From a virus (lineage: Duplodnaviria; Caudoviricetes): a stretch of 25,364 bases of DNA. Position numbers and translations under genes: made by a program. The notes under the pieces were generated by a model that saw nothing but the letters and a program-made list of their open reading frames with translations, made no database searches and had not been told where the DNA came from. The DNA lies in IMG/VR virus record IMGVR_UViG_3300011429_000016, positions 1 to 25,364 of that record; one strand, written 5' to 3'. Below, piece after piece: positions 24,706-25,364 of the stretch. The stretch's first letter is position 1. Each line of letters opens with the position of its first letter.

Positions 24706-25364
24706 GTCGTTGCAGTCGGGAGAGGCAAGGCAGGGATAGCAAAAGCGCTGGCTCCGTAGCGCGCCTGCCCGCCGGTAATACGCAAGGGCCCCGCGAGCGA
24801 ATCCATGCCGGTCGTCGCTCCGTTACCGCCCAAGAAGGCTCCGGAGGCCGCATTAGCGATTGTCCCAGAACCAGCAGCATTGAGCATTATAGGAGTTTCG
24901 GTATTGCCGCCCAGCGCGCCGTACGCAAGTCTAAGATTCGCGCCTTCTCGATAGATCGCTACGTAAAACCAGGTATTTGCGGCGAGCGTAGTACCGCTTA
25001 CGCCTCCTGCAAACAGTTCATTGCCGTTCACCGTCGTACCGATAAACGCAGTAATATCGGTAGCGAATCCGTTCGGGTTGATGGTGAAGGACAGCGCGTC
25101 GTCCGCTCCGTTCGCTGCGCCAAGACCCATCACGCTCCGACCGGTTCCTGCGGCGCCGGTATAGAAGTATGCCTCAATGCAGAAGTCGCCCGCGAAGTTC
25201 CAGTCTGCGGAGTCAGGAACGGTTAGGCCCTCCGCGCCTGCATCCATGTCTATCGTCGTGGCCAGTCCAGAAGGAGGAGTAGCGTTCGTCCACGTCGGCG
25301 TTCCTACAACGGTTACGGTGCGCGCCGAGTTGCTCTGATCGACCGCATTACCCGCGGTAGCATC
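24702..25364 (-). CDS. LamG/concanavalin-A-like domain protein, 5'-truncated by window edge
   Basis: DFCIEAYFY, NTWFYVAIYREG and LRITGGQARY..F..P motifs; the frame stays open upstream of 25247 to the window end (DATAGNAVDQSNSARTVTVVGTP...). Confidence 0.75.
   Translation of the reverse strand, partial: DATAGNAVDQSNSARTVTVVGTPTWTNATPPSGLATTIDMDAGAEGLTVPDSADWNFAGDFCIEAYFYTGAAGTGRSVMGLGAANGADDALSFTINPNGFATDITAFIGTTVNGNELFAGGVSGTTLAANTWFYVAIYREGANLRLAYGALGGNTETPIMLNAAGSGTIANAASGAFLGGNGATTGMDSLAGPLRITGGQARYGASAFAIPALPLPTATT

Noticed and set aside
23102-25226. Plus-strand ORFs of 244 and 232 aa
   Set aside because: Antisense to well-supported, tightly coupled minus-strand genes
1-25364. Stop-codon reassignment (TAG ends only one called gene)
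   Set aside because: Genes are full length and tile the strand under the standard code; no in-frame TAG interruptions seen

Overview
The whole window is one co-oriented (minus-strand) virion morphogenesis region of a long-tailed dsDNA phage (siphovirus-type). In transcription order (right to left) it holds: a tightly coupled accessory 'appendage' module (truncated LamG-like protein, small unknown ORF, 792-aa beta-helix protein, Maf/DUF115-type glycosyltransferase-like protein, 1023-aa Ser/Thr-rich protein with ~33 short repeats, small fibre-adaptor protein); head genes (DUF2213-type protease/scaffold, decoration protein, encapsulin-like major capsid protein); head-tail connectors; tail tube; tail assembly chaperone with a -1 frameshift; tape measure; a lambda-like M-L-K-(I)J tail tip; a tail-collar fibre; and a membrane protein that probably starts the lysis module. 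The most notable observations: (1) a 349-bp transposase-less cassette (21-bp imperfect inverted repeats, 8-bp target duplication, IS1595-like ends) carrying a 91-aa passenger gene, inserted in the capsid-gene terminator; (2) a candidate phage-encoded glycosylated-filament system (Maf-like transferase coupled to the repeat protein and adaptor); (3) one copy of that repeat at the N-terminus of the tail-tip DUF1833 protein. All family assignments come from reading motifs and gene order by eye; no database searches were run.
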